From an uncultured Chthoniobacterales bacterium (GTDB taxonomy: Bacteria > Verrucomicrobiota > Verrucomicrobiia > Chthoniobacterales > Terrimicrobiaceae), in the NCBI GenBank assembly GCA_964467415.1, contig CAYXRX010000009.1, forward strand, positions 72,763-136,762: a stretch of 64,000 bases of DNA. Reading direction: 5' to 3'. How positions within the stretch are numbered: the stretch's first letter is position 1; each line of letters opens with the position of its first letter. The notes beneath the pieces were generated by a model. The model searched no databases. It saw only the letters and a program-made list of their open reading frames with translations, and was not told the DNA's origin. The position numbers were made by a program, and so were the translations under genes. Positions 28,004-39,613 of the stretch are shown here, piece after piece.

Positions 28004-28980
28004 GGGCCGCGGATTAGGCTGGCGACCTCGCCGGTATAAAACTCGCGAAGCGCGCGGTGCAGTTCAGGCGGGAGCGGCGGCAGGCCGCTTGCGGCAGCAT
28101 TCTCGCGGGCCTGTTGCGGTTTACTCGCGCCGGGAATGACTACCGAGACCGCCTCGTGGTCAAGGATGTAGCGCAGCGCCATCCGGGGCAGAGAAATCTC
28201 TGACGGTTTGAGGGATTCGAGGCGTTCGACCAGACGGACTCCCTCGCCGAACGGAAGCCCGCAGAACGTTTCCCCGACATTGAAAAATTTTCCATCACGG
28301 TTGTAGTTGCGGTGATCTTTTTCCGGGAAAACCGTCTCGCGGGTCATCCGGCCGCCCAGCAGTCCGCTTGCGAGCGGGACCCGCACGATCACGGCCACGT
28401 GCTTCGCAAGCGCCGCTGGAAATAGCTCGATTGCAGGCTTCTGGCGGAAAATATTGAAAATGACTTGCAGGGAGGCCAGCTCCGGTTGGCCGAGGCAGAG
28501 CAGACCTTCTTCCACCGTCTCGACACTGGCGCCGAAATTCCGGATCTTCCCCTGCTCCCGCAGCCGCCGCAGCCAATCGAAAACTTCGCCTGCGCGCAGC
28601 ACCGAGTCCGGAATGCAGTGAAGCTGGGTCAAATCCAAAGCCTCGACGCCGAGGCGCCGGAGCGAGTCCTCGGTTGCCCGGCTCACCGCCTCCCATGTGT
28701 AGCCGTCCGGGTAAATGTCCCCCCGCCGGCCGAGCTTGGTCGCGACAAAAAAATCGCCCTTCCGGCGCCGGAGGAATTTTCCGACGAGTTCCTCGCTGCG
28801 GCCGTCGCCGTAGACGTCGGCGGTATCGAAAAATGTGGTTCCAGCATCTGCCGCGGCATCGAGGATGGCATTGGCCTGATCGTCCCCGAGCACCCCCCAG
28901 TCGGCTCCGCCAAGCTGCCAGCAACCCAATCCGATTTCGCCGGCTTTGCGGCCGGTCTGCCCGAAGATTCGCTCGTTCAT
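27997..28980 (-). CDS. Aldo/keto reductase
   Basis: ATG at 28980 (MNERIFGQTGRKAGEIGLGCWQLG). The AKR fold is present (FDTADVYGDG, ATKLG). The 3' end overlaps the copA stop by 7 nt (convergent). Confidence 0.8.
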   Translation of the reverse strand: MNERIFGQTGRKAGEIGLGCWQLGGADWGVLGDDQANAILDAAADAGTTFFDTADVYGDGRSEELVGKFLRRRKGDFFVATKLGRRGDIYPDGYTWEAVSRATEDSLRRLGVEALDLTQLHCIPDSVLRAGEVFDWLRRLREQGKIRNFGASVETVEEGLLCLGQPELASLQVIFNIFRQKPAIELFPAALAKHVAVIVRVPLASGLLGGRMTRETVFPEKDHRNYNRDGKFFNVGETFCGLPFGEGVRLVERLESLKPSEISLPRMALRYILDHEAVSVVIPGASKPQQARENAAASGLPPLPPELHRALREFYTGEVASLIRGPY

Positions 28981-29109
28981 TTGCGGCATCCTTCGACAGT
29001 CCGGGAAAGATTCCAACTCCGAATTCGCGCCGCAACTCCTGCGGGCGACCGCGCGGTTGTGCATTGTCGGTCAGAATTTGCTTAACAACTGACGCCCCAC
29101 TCCATAAAA

Positions 29110-30204
29110 ATGGAACCCTTCATGAATTACGGTCTCAATATCCCCCCCAGCGGCGCCCTTGACTTCATCTCACTCGGCGCACTCGTTCACCGGCTCGACC
29201 CGGGCATCATTCCCTTCCGCAAAGCCACCGAATGCCAGATCCACGTCAGCGGCGGCGAATTCAACGTCGCGGCCAACCTTTCCGATTGCTTCCGCCTGAA
29301 AACCGGCGTTGCCTCGGCAATGGTCGACTACCCGATCGGCGACCTGATCGCCGAGCGCGTGCGCGCGATGGGCGTGAAGCCGTTTTACAAGCGGTTCGAG
29401 CACGACGGCGTCCACGGCCCGAACATCGCGACCGTTTACAGCGACCGCGGCCAGGGGATGCGCGCCCCGGTCGTCTTCTACAACCGGTGCAACGAGGCCG
29501 CCGCGCGGCTTCAGCCGGGCGATTTCGATTGGAAGGAAATTTTCTCCGGCGGGATCCGCTGGTTCCACAGCGGCGGGATCTTCGCGGCGCTCTCGGAGTC
29601 CACAGCCGAGCTGATCATCGAGGCGATGCAGGCGGCGAAGGCGGCCGGTGCGATCGTCTCGTTCGACCTGAACTACCGCGCGAAGCTCTGGAACATCCTG
29701 GGCGGCCACGACCGCGCGGTCGCCGTGCTCGACCGCATCGTCAAGAATGTCGATGTCCTTGTCGGCAACGAGGAGGACCTCCAGCTCGGCCTCGGGATCC
29801 CCGGGCCGGAAGTGGCTGCGAAGTCGAAGCTCGATCCGAGCGCGTTCTTCAGCATGATGACGAACGTCACCAAAAAGCACCCGCAGGTGAAAATCGTGGC
29901 GACGACGCTGCGCGAAGTCCACTCCACGAACCGCCACAGCTGGGGCGCCGTGGCCTGGATCGACGGGCAAACCTACACGTCCCCGACCTGCGAGCTCGAC
30001 GTCGTCGATCGCGTGGGCGGCGGCGACGGCTACGCCTCCGGCTTCATCTACGGCCTCCTCTCGGGCGAGTCCCCGGCGGACGCCGTCAACCTCGGCTGGG
30101 CGCACGGCGCGCTCCTCACCACGTTCCCCGGCGACACGACGATGTCCACCGTCGAACAGGTCCGCGCGCTCGCCAAGGGCGGCTCGGCCCGCATCCAACG
30201 CTGA
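29110..30204 (+). CDS. PfkB/ribokinase-family sugar kinase (2-keto-3-deoxygluconate kinase-like)
   Basis: 364 aa. The PfkB C-terminal motif is present (DVVDRVGGGDGYASGFIYGLL). It ends 16 nt before gnd. Confidence 0.75.
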   Translation: MEPFMNYGLNIPPSGALDFISLGALVHRLDPGIIPFRKATECQIHVSGGEFNVAANLSDCFRLKTGVASAMVDYPIGDLIAERVRAMGVKPFYKRFEHDGVHGPNIATVYSDRGQGMRAPVVFYNRCNEAAARLQPGDFDWKEIFSGGIRWFHSGGIFAALSESTAELIIEAMQAAKAAGAIVSFDLNYRAKLWNILGGHDRAVAVLDRIVKNVDVLVGNEEDLQLGLGIPGPEVAAKSKLDPSAFFSMMTNVTKKHPQVKIVATTLREVHSTNRHSWGAVAWIDGQTYTSPTCELDVVDRVGGGDGYASGFIYGLLSGESPADAVNLGWAHGALLTTFPGDTTMSTVEQVRALAKGGSARIQR

Positions 30205-30220
30205 ACCCCGGAATTATTTT

Positions 30221-31690
30221 ATGGAACCCCAAGGAGATATCGCACTGATCGGTCTGGCCGTCATGGGCCAGAACCTCATTTTGAACATGAACGACCACGG
30301 CTACACCGTCGTGGCCTACAACCGCACGACCGCCAAGGTGGACGAGTTTCTCGCCAACGAGGCGAAGGGAACAAAAGTTCTCGGCGCCCACTCGATCCCG
30401 GAGCTCGTCGCGCAGCTCAAGCGCCCGCGGCGCGTCATGATGCTCGTGAAGGCCGGCAAGCCGGTGGACGAGTTCATCGACCAGCTCATCCCCCACCTCG
30501 AGCCGGGCGACATCATCATCGACGGCGGCAACTCGCTTTTTGAGGATACCACCCGCCGCCAGAAATACGTCGAGGAAAAGGGCCTGCTCTACATCGGCAC
30601 CGGAGTCTCCGGCGGCGAGGAGGGCGCGCGCCACGGCCCGAGCATCATGCCCGGCGGCTCCCCGGCCGCATGGCCGCACGTGAAGGACATCTTCCAGGCC
30701 GTCTCCGCGAAGGTCGAGGGCAACGTGCCCTGCTGCGACTGGGTCGGAGAGCAGGGGGCCGGCCACTACGTGAAGATGGTTCACAACGGCATCGAATACG
30801 GTGACATGCAGCTCATCTGCGAGGCCTACAACCTCATGAAAAACGGCCTCGGCATGTCCGCGCCGGAGATGCACGAGGTCTTCGCCGAGTGGAACACCGG
30901 CGAACTCGACAGCTACCTCATCGAGATCACCCGCGACATCCTCGGCAAGAACGACGAGGACGGCCTCCCGCTTGTTGACAAAATCCTCGACACGGCCGGC
31001 CAGAAGGGGACCGGCAAGTGGACGGTCATCAACTCCCAGGAGCTCGGGATCCCGATCACGCTCATGGCCGAGGCGGTTTACGCCCGTTGCGTCTCAGCTC
31101 TCAAAGATGAGCGTGTGAAGGCCTCGAAGAAGCTCAAGGGTCCGAACCCGCTCATCCCCGCCTCCAAGGACGCCGCCAAGAAGGCCGCATTCATCAAGGA
31201 CATCCGCGACGCGCTCTACGCCTCGAAGATCGTCAGCTACGCGCAGGGATATATGCTCATGCGCGCCGCCGCGAAGGAATATGGTTGGAATCTCAACTAC
31301 GGCGGCATCGCGCTCATGTGGCGCGGCGGTTGCATCATCCGCTCGCGCTTCCTCGGAAAAATCAAGGAGGCGTTCGACACCAACCCGAAGCTCTCCAACC
31401 TCCTGCTCGACGGATATTTCCGCGGCGAGGTGAAGAAATCGCAAAAGGGCTGGCGCAACGTCGTGGCCACCGCCGCCAAGCGCGGGATCCCGGTCCCCGC
31501 ATTCAGCACAGCCCTGGCGTTCTTTGACAGCTACCGGAATGCCGTCCTCCCTGCCAACCTGCTGCAGGCCCAGCGCGACTACTTCGGTGCCCATACCTAC
31601 GAGCGCACCGACAAGCCGCGCGGTGAGTTCTTCCACACCAACTGGACCGGGCGTGGCGGCACCACCGCCTCCAGCACCTACACGGTCTGA
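30221..31690 (+). CDS. gnd: 6-phosphogluconate dehydrogenase, decarboxylating
   Basis: 489 aa with IALIGLAVMGQNLILN at the N-terminus. Full-length Gnd. Confidence 0.9.
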   Translation: MEPQGDIALIGLAVMGQNLILNMNDHGYTVVAYNRTTAKVDEFLANEAKGTKVLGAHSIPELVAQLKRPRRVMMLVKAGKPVDEFIDQLIPHLEPGDIIIDGGNSLFEDTTRRQKYVEEKGLLYIGTGVSGGEEGARHGPSIMPGGSPAAWPHVKDIFQAVSAKVEGNVPCCDWVGEQGAGHYVKMVHNGIEYGDMQLICEAYNLMKNGLGMSAPEMHEVFAEWNTGELDSYLIEITRDILGKNDEDGLPLVDKILDTAGQKGTGKWTVINSQELGIPITLMAEAVYARCVSALKDERVKASKKLKGPNPLIPASKDAAKKAAFIKDIRDALYASKIVSYAQGYMLMRAAAKEYGWNLNYGGIALMWRGGCIIRSRFLGKIKEAFDTNPKLSNLLLDGYFRGEVKKSQKGWRNVVATAAKRGIPVPAFSTALAFFDSYRNAVLPANLLQAQRDYFGAHTYERTDKPRGEFFHTNWTGRGGTTASSTYTV

Positions 31691-31702
31691 GCCGATCCCA
31701 TC

Positions 31703-31737
31703 AAAAAGCCGGCGGCCAATCTGGTCGCCGGCTTTTT
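31703..31737. terminator. Bidirectional intrinsic terminator between convergent gnd and pyk
   Basis: AAAAA-GCCGGCGGCCA-ATC-TGGTCGCCGGC-TTTTT. This is an 11-bp GC-rich stem with one G.U pair and a 3-nt loop, flanked by an A5 run and a T5 run. Confidence 0.8.
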
Positions 31738-31747
31738 GCTTTCTCCG

Positions 31748-33151
31748 TCAGATCACCTGGCGGATCTGGATCGAATCGAACCGCTCGCTGCCGGCCATCA
31801 CGTCGCTCAGGATGATGAGCTGGTCACCCTTTTGAATGAGACCGCGGCGCTCGAGCTCGAGCTCGGCATCGGCGATGGTGTGCTCGGGATCGATCCCGAA
31901 CGACATCAGGATCGGATGCGTGTTCCAGTTGAGCGCCAGACGCCGCACGACCTCGACTGACGGAGAGAAGGCAAAGATCGGCGCGTTGTCGGGACGGAGG
32001 TGGCTGGCATTGTCCGCCATGTAGCCCCGTCGGGTGAAGAGCACGAGCTTCGAGTTGGGAAAGGAGTTTGCGAGAAGCACAGCGGACCTCATCGTCTTGA
32101 GGCGGGTGGAATCGACGATCGCCTCCTTGGCGTAGCCCGCGCCGCCGCTCTCTCCGATCCTCCGTGCCACGCGGTCGAGGGTCTTCACGCAGTCGATCGG
32201 ATACTTCCCGACCGTCGTCTCCCCGCTGAGCATGATGGCATCGGCCTGCTCGTAGACCGCATTCGCGACATCGGTAATCTCAGCGCGCGTGGGCAGAGGG
32301 TTTTCGATCATGCTCTCCAGCATGTGCGTGGCCACGATGACCGGTCGGCCGATCTGGATGCATTTTTTGATAATCCGGCGCTGGATGATCGGGAGCTCCT
32401 CCATCTTGCACTCGATTCCCAGGTCGCCGCGGGCGATCATCACGGCGTCCGATGCCCGGATGATGTCGTTGACATATTTGACAGCGTGCTGGTCCTCGAT
32501 CTTGGCGACCGTGCGGGCGGAGCTTCCGTGCTCGCGCAGCAGACGCTTGAGCTCCAGGATGTCCGCCGCCTCGCGACAGAAACTCAGCGCCACAAAATCG
32601 ACCCCGACCGCTGCGCCAAGTGCGACGTCGGCGAGATCCTTTTCCGTGAGCGGGGGCAGGTTGACCTTCACGCCGGGAAGGTTGATATGCCGCCTCGAAC
32701 CGAGCGTGCCGGCAGTCAGCACCTCACAGCGGATGCGGTTGGACACCTTTTCCAGCACCTTCATGTGCATCACGCCATTGTCCACCAGAACGGTATCGCC
32801 AACATTGATGTCGTCGATCAGCCCGTCGTAGTTGACATCGACCGAGTAGAGTTCCTCGCTCCGCGATCCCCGGACGGTAAATTCGAAAATATCGCCGGGG
32901 GTGAGGGCGAGCTTCGACTTGAGATCTCCGGTCCTGATCGCCGGCCCCTGGGTGTCGAGAAGGATCCCGGTCACAGAGCCAAGCTCCGCGGCCGCCGCGC
33001 GGATGTCTTTCACGACCCGGGCCACCCAGTCGTGGGTCGCGTGGCTCATGTTCAAACGAAAAATGTCAGCGCCCGCCCCGATCATTTCCCTCAGTTTTTC
33101 CGGCGAATCCGACGCCGGCCCCAGTGTGCATATGATTTTCGTTTTACGCAT
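31748..33151 (-). CDS. pyk: Pyruvate kinase
   Basis: ATG at 33151 (MRKTKIICTLGPASD). It is a full-length pyruvate kinase with the MIARGDLG motif. Confidence 0.9.
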   Translation of the reverse strand: MRKTKIICTLGPASDSPEKLREMIGAGADIFRLNMSHATHDWVARVVKDIRAAAAELGSVTGILLDTQGPAIRTGDLKSKLALTPGDIFEFTVRGSRSEELYSVDVNYDGLIDDINVGDTVLVDNGVMHMKVLEKVSNRIRCEVLTAGTLGSRRHINLPGVKVNLPPLTEKDLADVALGAAVGVDFVALSFCREAADILELKRLLREHGSSARTVAKIEDQHAVKYVNDIIRASDAVMIARGDLGIECKMEELPIIQRRIIKKCIQIGRPVIVATHMLESMIENPLPTRAEITDVANAVYEQADAIMLSGETTVGKYPIDCVKTLDRVARRIGESGGAGYAKEAIVDSTRLKTMRSAVLLANSFPNSKLVLFTRRGYMADNASHLRPDNAPIFAFSPSVEVVRRLALNWNTHPILMSFGIDPEHTIADAELELERRGLIQKGDQLIILSDVMAGSERFDSIQIRQVI

Positions 33152-33246
33152 GGCCTCCAAGAATATCGGCACATGAAAAAATGCAAGCCGTATCACCCTT
33201 GCCGGTGACTGAGGTCAAAATCGACCGTCGTGGGGCGGTGGCCCGG

Positions 33247-34236
33247 TCAGGTCAGAATTTTGATGTAGGCCTTTTTGCGCAGTGTCTCGAGCCAGCGGTC
33301 CTGGACCTTCATGCGCTCCTGCTGCATGAGGTTGCGCTCGATCTCCTCGCGCACTTCGGTCATCGGCTTGACCGAGGCATTTTTGCGGGCCTCGACCATC
33401 ATGATATAATACGAATCCGCGGCACGGACGACGTCGCTCACCTGTCCGGCGCGCAGCGAGAAGGCGACCTTGGAGAGTTGCTCGTTGAGCGTGTTGCGCT
33501 CGATCCAGCCCCAGTCGCCGCCGGCATCGCGGGTTGTGTCATCCTCGGAATACATCTCGGCCATGCGCGCAAACTCGGCGCCACTGGCAAGCTTCTGGCG
33601 GATCTCTTCGGCGGTCTGGGCCTTGTTGCCGGCACCCGGGACATCGCCGGCAGACCCTTCGCGCAGCACGATCATCCGGAGCTTGATCTGCTCGGGGATG
33701 GCGTAGGCTCCCTTGTTTTTATTGTAGTAGGCTTGGATCTGCGTGGGGGAGACCACGAAATTCTCGTTAACTTTTGCCTGGCGCAGTGCCTGCACGATGA
33801 TCTTTTCCCGTTCGATTTCCTTGAAGCGCGTGACCGTGTAGCCCTGCGCCTGGAGCGTCCTCACAAACGCCGAGCGGTCGCCGCCGAACTCCTCGCGGAT
33901 GATCGCTTGCAGACGGTCATCAACCACGTAGTCGGGAATATTTGCGCCCTTCTCCTGCATCTTCCGGAATTCCTGAAGGATGAGCTGCCGGTCGATAAGA
34001 TCCTTGATGGCGGCCGACCGCATCTCCTGCAGCTTGGCGGGAAGATCCGGGCCGGTGTAGACTTCGCGCAGCGAGCGCTCGCGCGCCCCGATCAGCTCAC
34101 GGACCTGCGAGATCGTGATCACATCCTTGTTGACGATGGCAGCAAGCCCGTCGATGACCTCGGCTTTTTGTGCGCGGGCAAGCCCGGTCGTCAGGACCAA
34201 CAGAACAGTGATTGTGGCAAATACGGAAAATCTCAT
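33247..34236 (-). CDS. Periplasmic parvulin-type peptidyl-prolyl isomerase (SurA/PpiD-like)
   Basis: 329 aa with a signal peptide. A SurA_N-like chaperone region is followed by the PpiC domain (GGDWGWIERNTL...AGQVSDVV). Confidence 0.75.
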   Translation of the reverse strand: MRFSVFATITVLLVLTTGLARAQKAEVIDGLAAIVNKDVITISQVRELIGARERSLREVYTGPDLPAKLQEMRSAAIKDLIDRQLILQEFRKMQEKGANIPDYVVDDRLQAIIREEFGGDRSAFVRTLQAQGYTVTRFKEIEREKIIVQALRQAKVNENFVVSPTQIQAYYNKNKGAYAIPEQIKLRMIVLREGSAGDVPGAGNKAQTAEEIRQKLASGAEFARMAEMYSEDDTTRDAGGDWGWIERNTLNEQLSKVAFSLRAGQVSDVVRAADSYYIMMVEARKNASVKPMTEVREEIERNLMQQERMKVQDRWLETLRKKAYIKILT

Positions 34237-37200
34237 CGGCGGGGCATCTTCTCGAGAGCGGAAAGAACCTCGCGCAACCTAGAATCAGGGTCGGATGCCG
34301 TCAAGCGGGGAAACCGTCCGCCGATGAGGATAAACGAACCTCCACGCGTCAGCATGAGCTTTTCGTCCCGCACCTCCACGAGCGGAATCCGCCGGCTCGA
34401 GGCTTCGAACCGGATGGCAGAGGCGATCAAGGCATTCTCGGCCGCTGGCGGAAGTGGCCCGAACCGGTCCCGCCAGGACGCACGCAGGGCGTCGAGTTCA
34501 GCGCGCGTCCCGGCCTCCGCCAGCGCCCGGTATCCCTCGATCCGCAGCTTGGCATCCGGCAGGTAGGATGCCGGCAGAAACGCCCCGGCAATACCGGGGG
34601 CCGGAGAATATGCCGCCTCGTCGGTCATGAGGAAGTCCAACCTGAGGAGCGACGACCCTCCGGCGGATTTGTTGCCCTTGAGCGATTCGACCGCCCGCCT
34701 CAGAAGCTTGCAGTAGAGGTCGAACCCGACCGCGACGATATGCCCGCTCTGCGCCGTGCCCAGAAGGTTGCCGGCCCCGCGGATCTCGAGGTCGCGCATC
34801 GCGATTTTGAACCCGGATCCGAGCTCGGAATACTGCTTGATCGCGGAGACGCGCTTGCGCGCCGCCCCGACGCTCATCAGCTCCCGGGGCAAAAGCAGGT
34901 AGGCGTAGGCCTTGTGGCTGGAACGTCCCACCCGACCGCGCAGCTGATAGAGGTCGGCCAGACCGAACCGGTCGGCGCGATCGATGATGATCGTATTGGC
35001 ATTCGGGATGTCCAAACCGCTCTCGATGATTGTCGTGGAGACGAGCACATCAGCCTCCCCGGCAACAAACTGCCGCATCACGGGTTCCAGTTCCGTGTCG
35101 TCCATCTGGCCGTGACCGACAAGGACGCGGGCTCCCTCGCAAAGCTCGCGGATGCGGGCGGCGGTGCGCTCAATCGTCTGGACCCGGTTGTGAAGAAAGT
35201 AGACCTGCCCCCCGCGGCCGAGCTCTCGGCTGATGGCGTCGCGGATCACGCGCTCGTCATACCCGCAGACAACCGTCTCCACAGGCTGGCGGTTGGCGGG
35301 CGGGGTCTCGATGAGCGACATGTCGCGCGCCCCCATCAGCGAGAGGTAGAGCGTCCGCGGGATCGGAGTTGCCGAGAGCGTCAGCACATCCACAAGCCGG
35401 AATTTTTCCTTCAGGGCATCCTTGTGCTTCACGCCGAACCGCTGCTCCTCGTCCACCACCACCAGCCCGAGGGATTTGAATGCCACATCGGAGGAGAGCA
35501 CCCGGTGCGTTCCGACCACAATGTCGATCCCGCCCGACGCCAGCCCGGCGACCACCCGCTTCTGCTCGGCTGCCGACCGGTAGCGGCTGAGCAGCTCGAT
35601 CGTCACCGGATACTCGCTCATCCGCTCGCGGAGCGTCTGGAAGTGCTGCTGCGCCAGCACGGTCGTGGGGGCGATGAGGACCGCCTGCCGGCCTCCGGCG
35701 ACCGCCTTGAACGCGGCCCGGATCGCGACCTCCGTCTTCCCGAATCCGACGTCACCGCAGATCAGACGATCCATCGGCCGCACGTCCTCCATGTCGCGCT
35801 TCGTCTCGCCGATCGCCCGCAGCTGGTCGCCGGTTTCAGTGAACGGAAACGACCGCTCGAATTCGTGCTGCCAGTGGGAGTCCGGGGGAAATGCATGCCC
35901 GTTGCCGGTATCCCGCTCGGCCTGCACGCGGAGCATCTGCGCGGCGTAGTCGTAGATCCCCCGAAGCGCCTTGTCCTTGGCGCGCTGCCAGCGTCCGCCA
36001 CCGAGCTCCGAGAGGTCCGGATGCCGCTTCCCAAGCCCGACGTAGCGGGCGACCTGCCAGGCTTGCTCGAGGGGAACGTAGAGACGGGCCTCGTTGGCGA
36101 ACTCCAGCGCCAGCACCTCGGTCCCTCCACCATCCGGCGCCTTTTGCAGCCCGAGAAACCGTCCGATCCCGTGGTCGAGATGAACGACGTAGTCGTCCTC
36201 CTCAAACTCGGAGAAGTCCATCGTCGCGCGACCGGAGCGGAACTGCCCGCGCCTCAGCGCGGTCCGGCGGGCCCGCTGGCTGGCCGATCGCCCGAGCACC
36301 TCGGCATCCGCCAGCAGGGCGATCTTCGCCCCCGGACAGACAAACCCCCGCGTTGCGGCAGCAGAGAGGAAGTGCAGCGCAGAGGCATCGAAGTGAAAAT
36401 CCGCCGCCAGCTCGCGGAAGCGCTCGCTCTCCCCCTCGCTACCGCAGGCAAACGCAACCGTCCACCCGTCGGAGTTCCATCCGCGCAGCTGCTCGAAAAA
36501 CCGGCCCCGCTTAATCTCGTCGAGCACCAGGTCCCCGGCGCCGAGCTCCGCGAACGGGGGCGGGTAAAATGGAACCGGGTCCGGGACGGCGCGACCGTCA
36601 TCCAGATCGACGGAGCCCGCACAGATCGCCATTCCCGAAGCGGGCTCCGGCGGGTCGATGTCGATCACGAGATCCTTCTTCCCGAGGAAATCGCGGAGCG
36701 TCCCCTCACCCGTCCCGGACCGCACGGCAAGCAGCTCACACCGCTCCATGGTTCCGACCGAGCCCTGCGTGTCGACGTCGAATGCGCGCAGGGATTCGAT
36801 CTCCCGGTCAAACCACTCGATCCGGACCGGGCGCGGCTGCTGCCAGGAGAAGACGTCCACAATCCCCCCGCGGCGGGCGAACTGTCCGCGCCCGGTCACT
36901 TGAGGCGCCTGCTCGTAACCCGCTTTCACGAGGCGGCCGACCACCTCTTCGATCTCAATCCTCTGCCCCGCATCGAGCGGGAAGGCCCCGCGCGACAGCC
37001 CGGCACGCGAGGGAACGAAGGAATCCCACTGTCCGCGGTGGATCACGACGACCTCATCCCCGCCGCTCCGCGCGAGGGATTGCAACAGCTCAAGCCGTTC
37101 AGAGGCGGTCTCCGGATCGGGCAGCGCATCGCCGGCCGGCGTCTCGAGCTCGGGGAAAAGGCGGACCCGCCCGCACCAGGCCGCCATCTCCGGGGCAAAA

Positions 37201-37427
37201 TCCTCCTGCCGGCGGACATCGGGACAAACAATCCACACCCGCCCCGGGACTCCGGCGGCAAGCATCGCCGCAACAAACGGCTGGGCCGGCTCCGCGATTT
37301 CCGGCACGATCCGGCCGGCCGCTGCCTGCAAGAAGGCGCCAATGCCGGGATCGGAACCGGCCCGCGCCACAAACTGCTCAGCTTCCGAGGACTTCTTCAC
37401 AGTAACGGGCCTGCAATCCGTCATCAT
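34233..37427 (-). CDS. mfd: Transcription-repair coupling factor Mfd
   Basis: 1064 aa. UvrB-homology domains are present, followed by the superfamily-2 helicase motifs (CGDVGFGKTEVA, DEEQRFGV) and the TRG motif. The start overlaps the 3' end of the upstream gene by 50 nt, so the true start may be internal. Confidence 0.9.
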   Translation of the reverse strand: MMTDCRPVTVKKSSEAEQFVARAGSDPGIGAFLQAAAGRIVPEIAEPAQPFVAAMLAAGVPGRVWIVCPDVRRQEDFAPEMAAWCGRVRLFPELETPAGDALPDPETASERLELLQSLARSGGDEVVVIHRGQWDSFVPSRAGLSRGAFPLDAGQRIEIEEVVGRLVKAGYEQAPQVTGRGQFARRGGIVDVFSWQQPRPVRIEWFDREIESLRAFDVDTQGSVGTMERCELLAVRSGTGEGTLRDFLGKKDLVIDIDPPEPASGMAICAGSVDLDDGRAVPDPVPFYPPPFAELGAGDLVLDEIKRGRFFEQLRGWNSDGWTVAFACGSEGESERFRELAADFHFDASALHFLSAAATRGFVCPGAKIALLADAEVLGRSASQRARRTALRRGQFRSGRATMDFSEFEEDDYVVHLDHGIGRFLGLQKAPDGGGTEVLALEFANEARLYVPLEQAWQVARYVGLGKRHPDLSELGGGRWQRAKDKALRGIYDYAAQMLRVQAERDTGNGHAFPPDSHWQHEFERSFPFTETGDQLRAIGETKRDMEDVRPMDRLICGDVGFGKTEVAIRAAFKAVAGGRQAVLIAPTTVLAQQHFQTLRERMSEYPVTIELLSRYRSAAEQKRVVAGLASGGIDIVVGTHRVLSSDVAFKSLGLVVVDEEQRFGVKHKDALKEKFRLVDVLTLSATPIPRTLYLSLMGARDMSLIETPPANRQPVETVVCGYDERVIRDAISRELGRGGQVYFLHNRVQTIERTAARIRELCEGARVLVGHGQMDDTELEPVMRQFVAGEADVLVSTTIIESGLDIPNANTIIIDRADRFGLADLYQLRGRVGRSSHKAYAYLLLPRELMSVGAARKRVSAIKQYSELGSGFKIAMRDLEIRGAGNLLGTAQSGHIVAVGFDLYCKLLRRAVESLKGNKSAGGSSLLRLDFLMTDEAAYSPAPGIAGAFLPASYLPDAKLRIEGYRALAEAGTRAELDALRASWRDRFGPLPPAAENALIASAIRFEASSRRIPLVEVRDEKLMLTRGGSFILIGGRFPRLTASDPDSRLREVLSALEKMPRR

Positions 37428-38141
37428 CCAGGACGAGCGGTCTCCCGTCGATCTCGGCGATCGTGCGGATGCCTATCCTGCTGTTGGTGAGGAATGCGGC
37501 GGAGCATCTGGCGACATCCTCGGGCCCGAGTAGCAGGTTGCTCACAGGCATCCTTCCGGCGACCCACTCGCGAACGACCCCATCGCGGGCGCCAACCTCG
37601 AGGGCTGGCGTGGCCCACTGCCCGTCAAGCTTGAGGAAGACGTTCGCCATGCTCGCGGAGACCAGAGCCCCGGAAGGATTGAAAAGGAACCCCTCGCAGC
37701 AGCCCTCACGGCCAGCGGCAACAAGGGCATCGACGTGCTGCCAGTAGTTGCCCGACTTCCAACCGCCCGGCCGGCCGGTAAAGGGAATTCCGAGGACCGC
37801 CACGCGCGCCGGCGCAAATCTCCCGCCGACCTCGAGCGCCTCAAACAAGGCAAACAGCGAGCCCCTAAGAGGATCGCAGGGACTCCCTGGGCCGGCCGTG
37901 TGGTAAATCCGGCAGACGCCATCAAAGCCCCCGGGAACCGGTGGAGGCTGGAAGGCCGGCTCCGGCATCCCGGAGTCCGCCGATGCCCGGACCAAGCGCT
38001 CCGCATGAGCGTCAAAAAACAGAAACCGCCCGCTCCGGATGGCGATGGTCTCAAAAACGCTCATCCCGTAGCGGAACGCGCGGTCATCCAATGGCAGGCA
38101 ACCGCATGGCACCCAGGCCCCGTCAACGCACTGAAACCTCA

Positions 38142-38142
<1 letters not shown>
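37378..38142 (-). CDS. Aminotransferase class IV family protein (aminodeoxychorismate lyase-like)
   Basis: ATG at 38142 overlaps the stop of the upstream regulator (ATGA). It is a fold-type IV PLP enzyme of about 254 aa (FRYGMSVFETI...). Confidence 0.6.
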
Positions 38143-39584
<1,442 letters not shown>

Positions 39585-39613
39585 GGGTTTTAAAAAATTC
39601 GGGCGCCGGCCCC
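39585..39613 (-). terminator. Short GC hairpin plus U6 run between pssA stop and the sigma-54 regulator start (possible attenuator)
   Basis: The minus-strand RNA reads UGA-GGGGCCGGCGCCC-GAAUUUUUUAAAACCC-AUG. It forms a 4-bp GC stem with a 4-nt loop, followed by U6. Confidence 0.3.

Noticed and set aside
34212-37490. 1092-aa plus ORF opposite mfd. The same pattern occurs opposite rpoC (45241-47904), rpoB (48145-51915), surA-like (33181-34566) and others.
   Set aside because: These are mirror ORFs of strongly supported genes. They have Arg/Pro/Gly-rich low-complexity translations.
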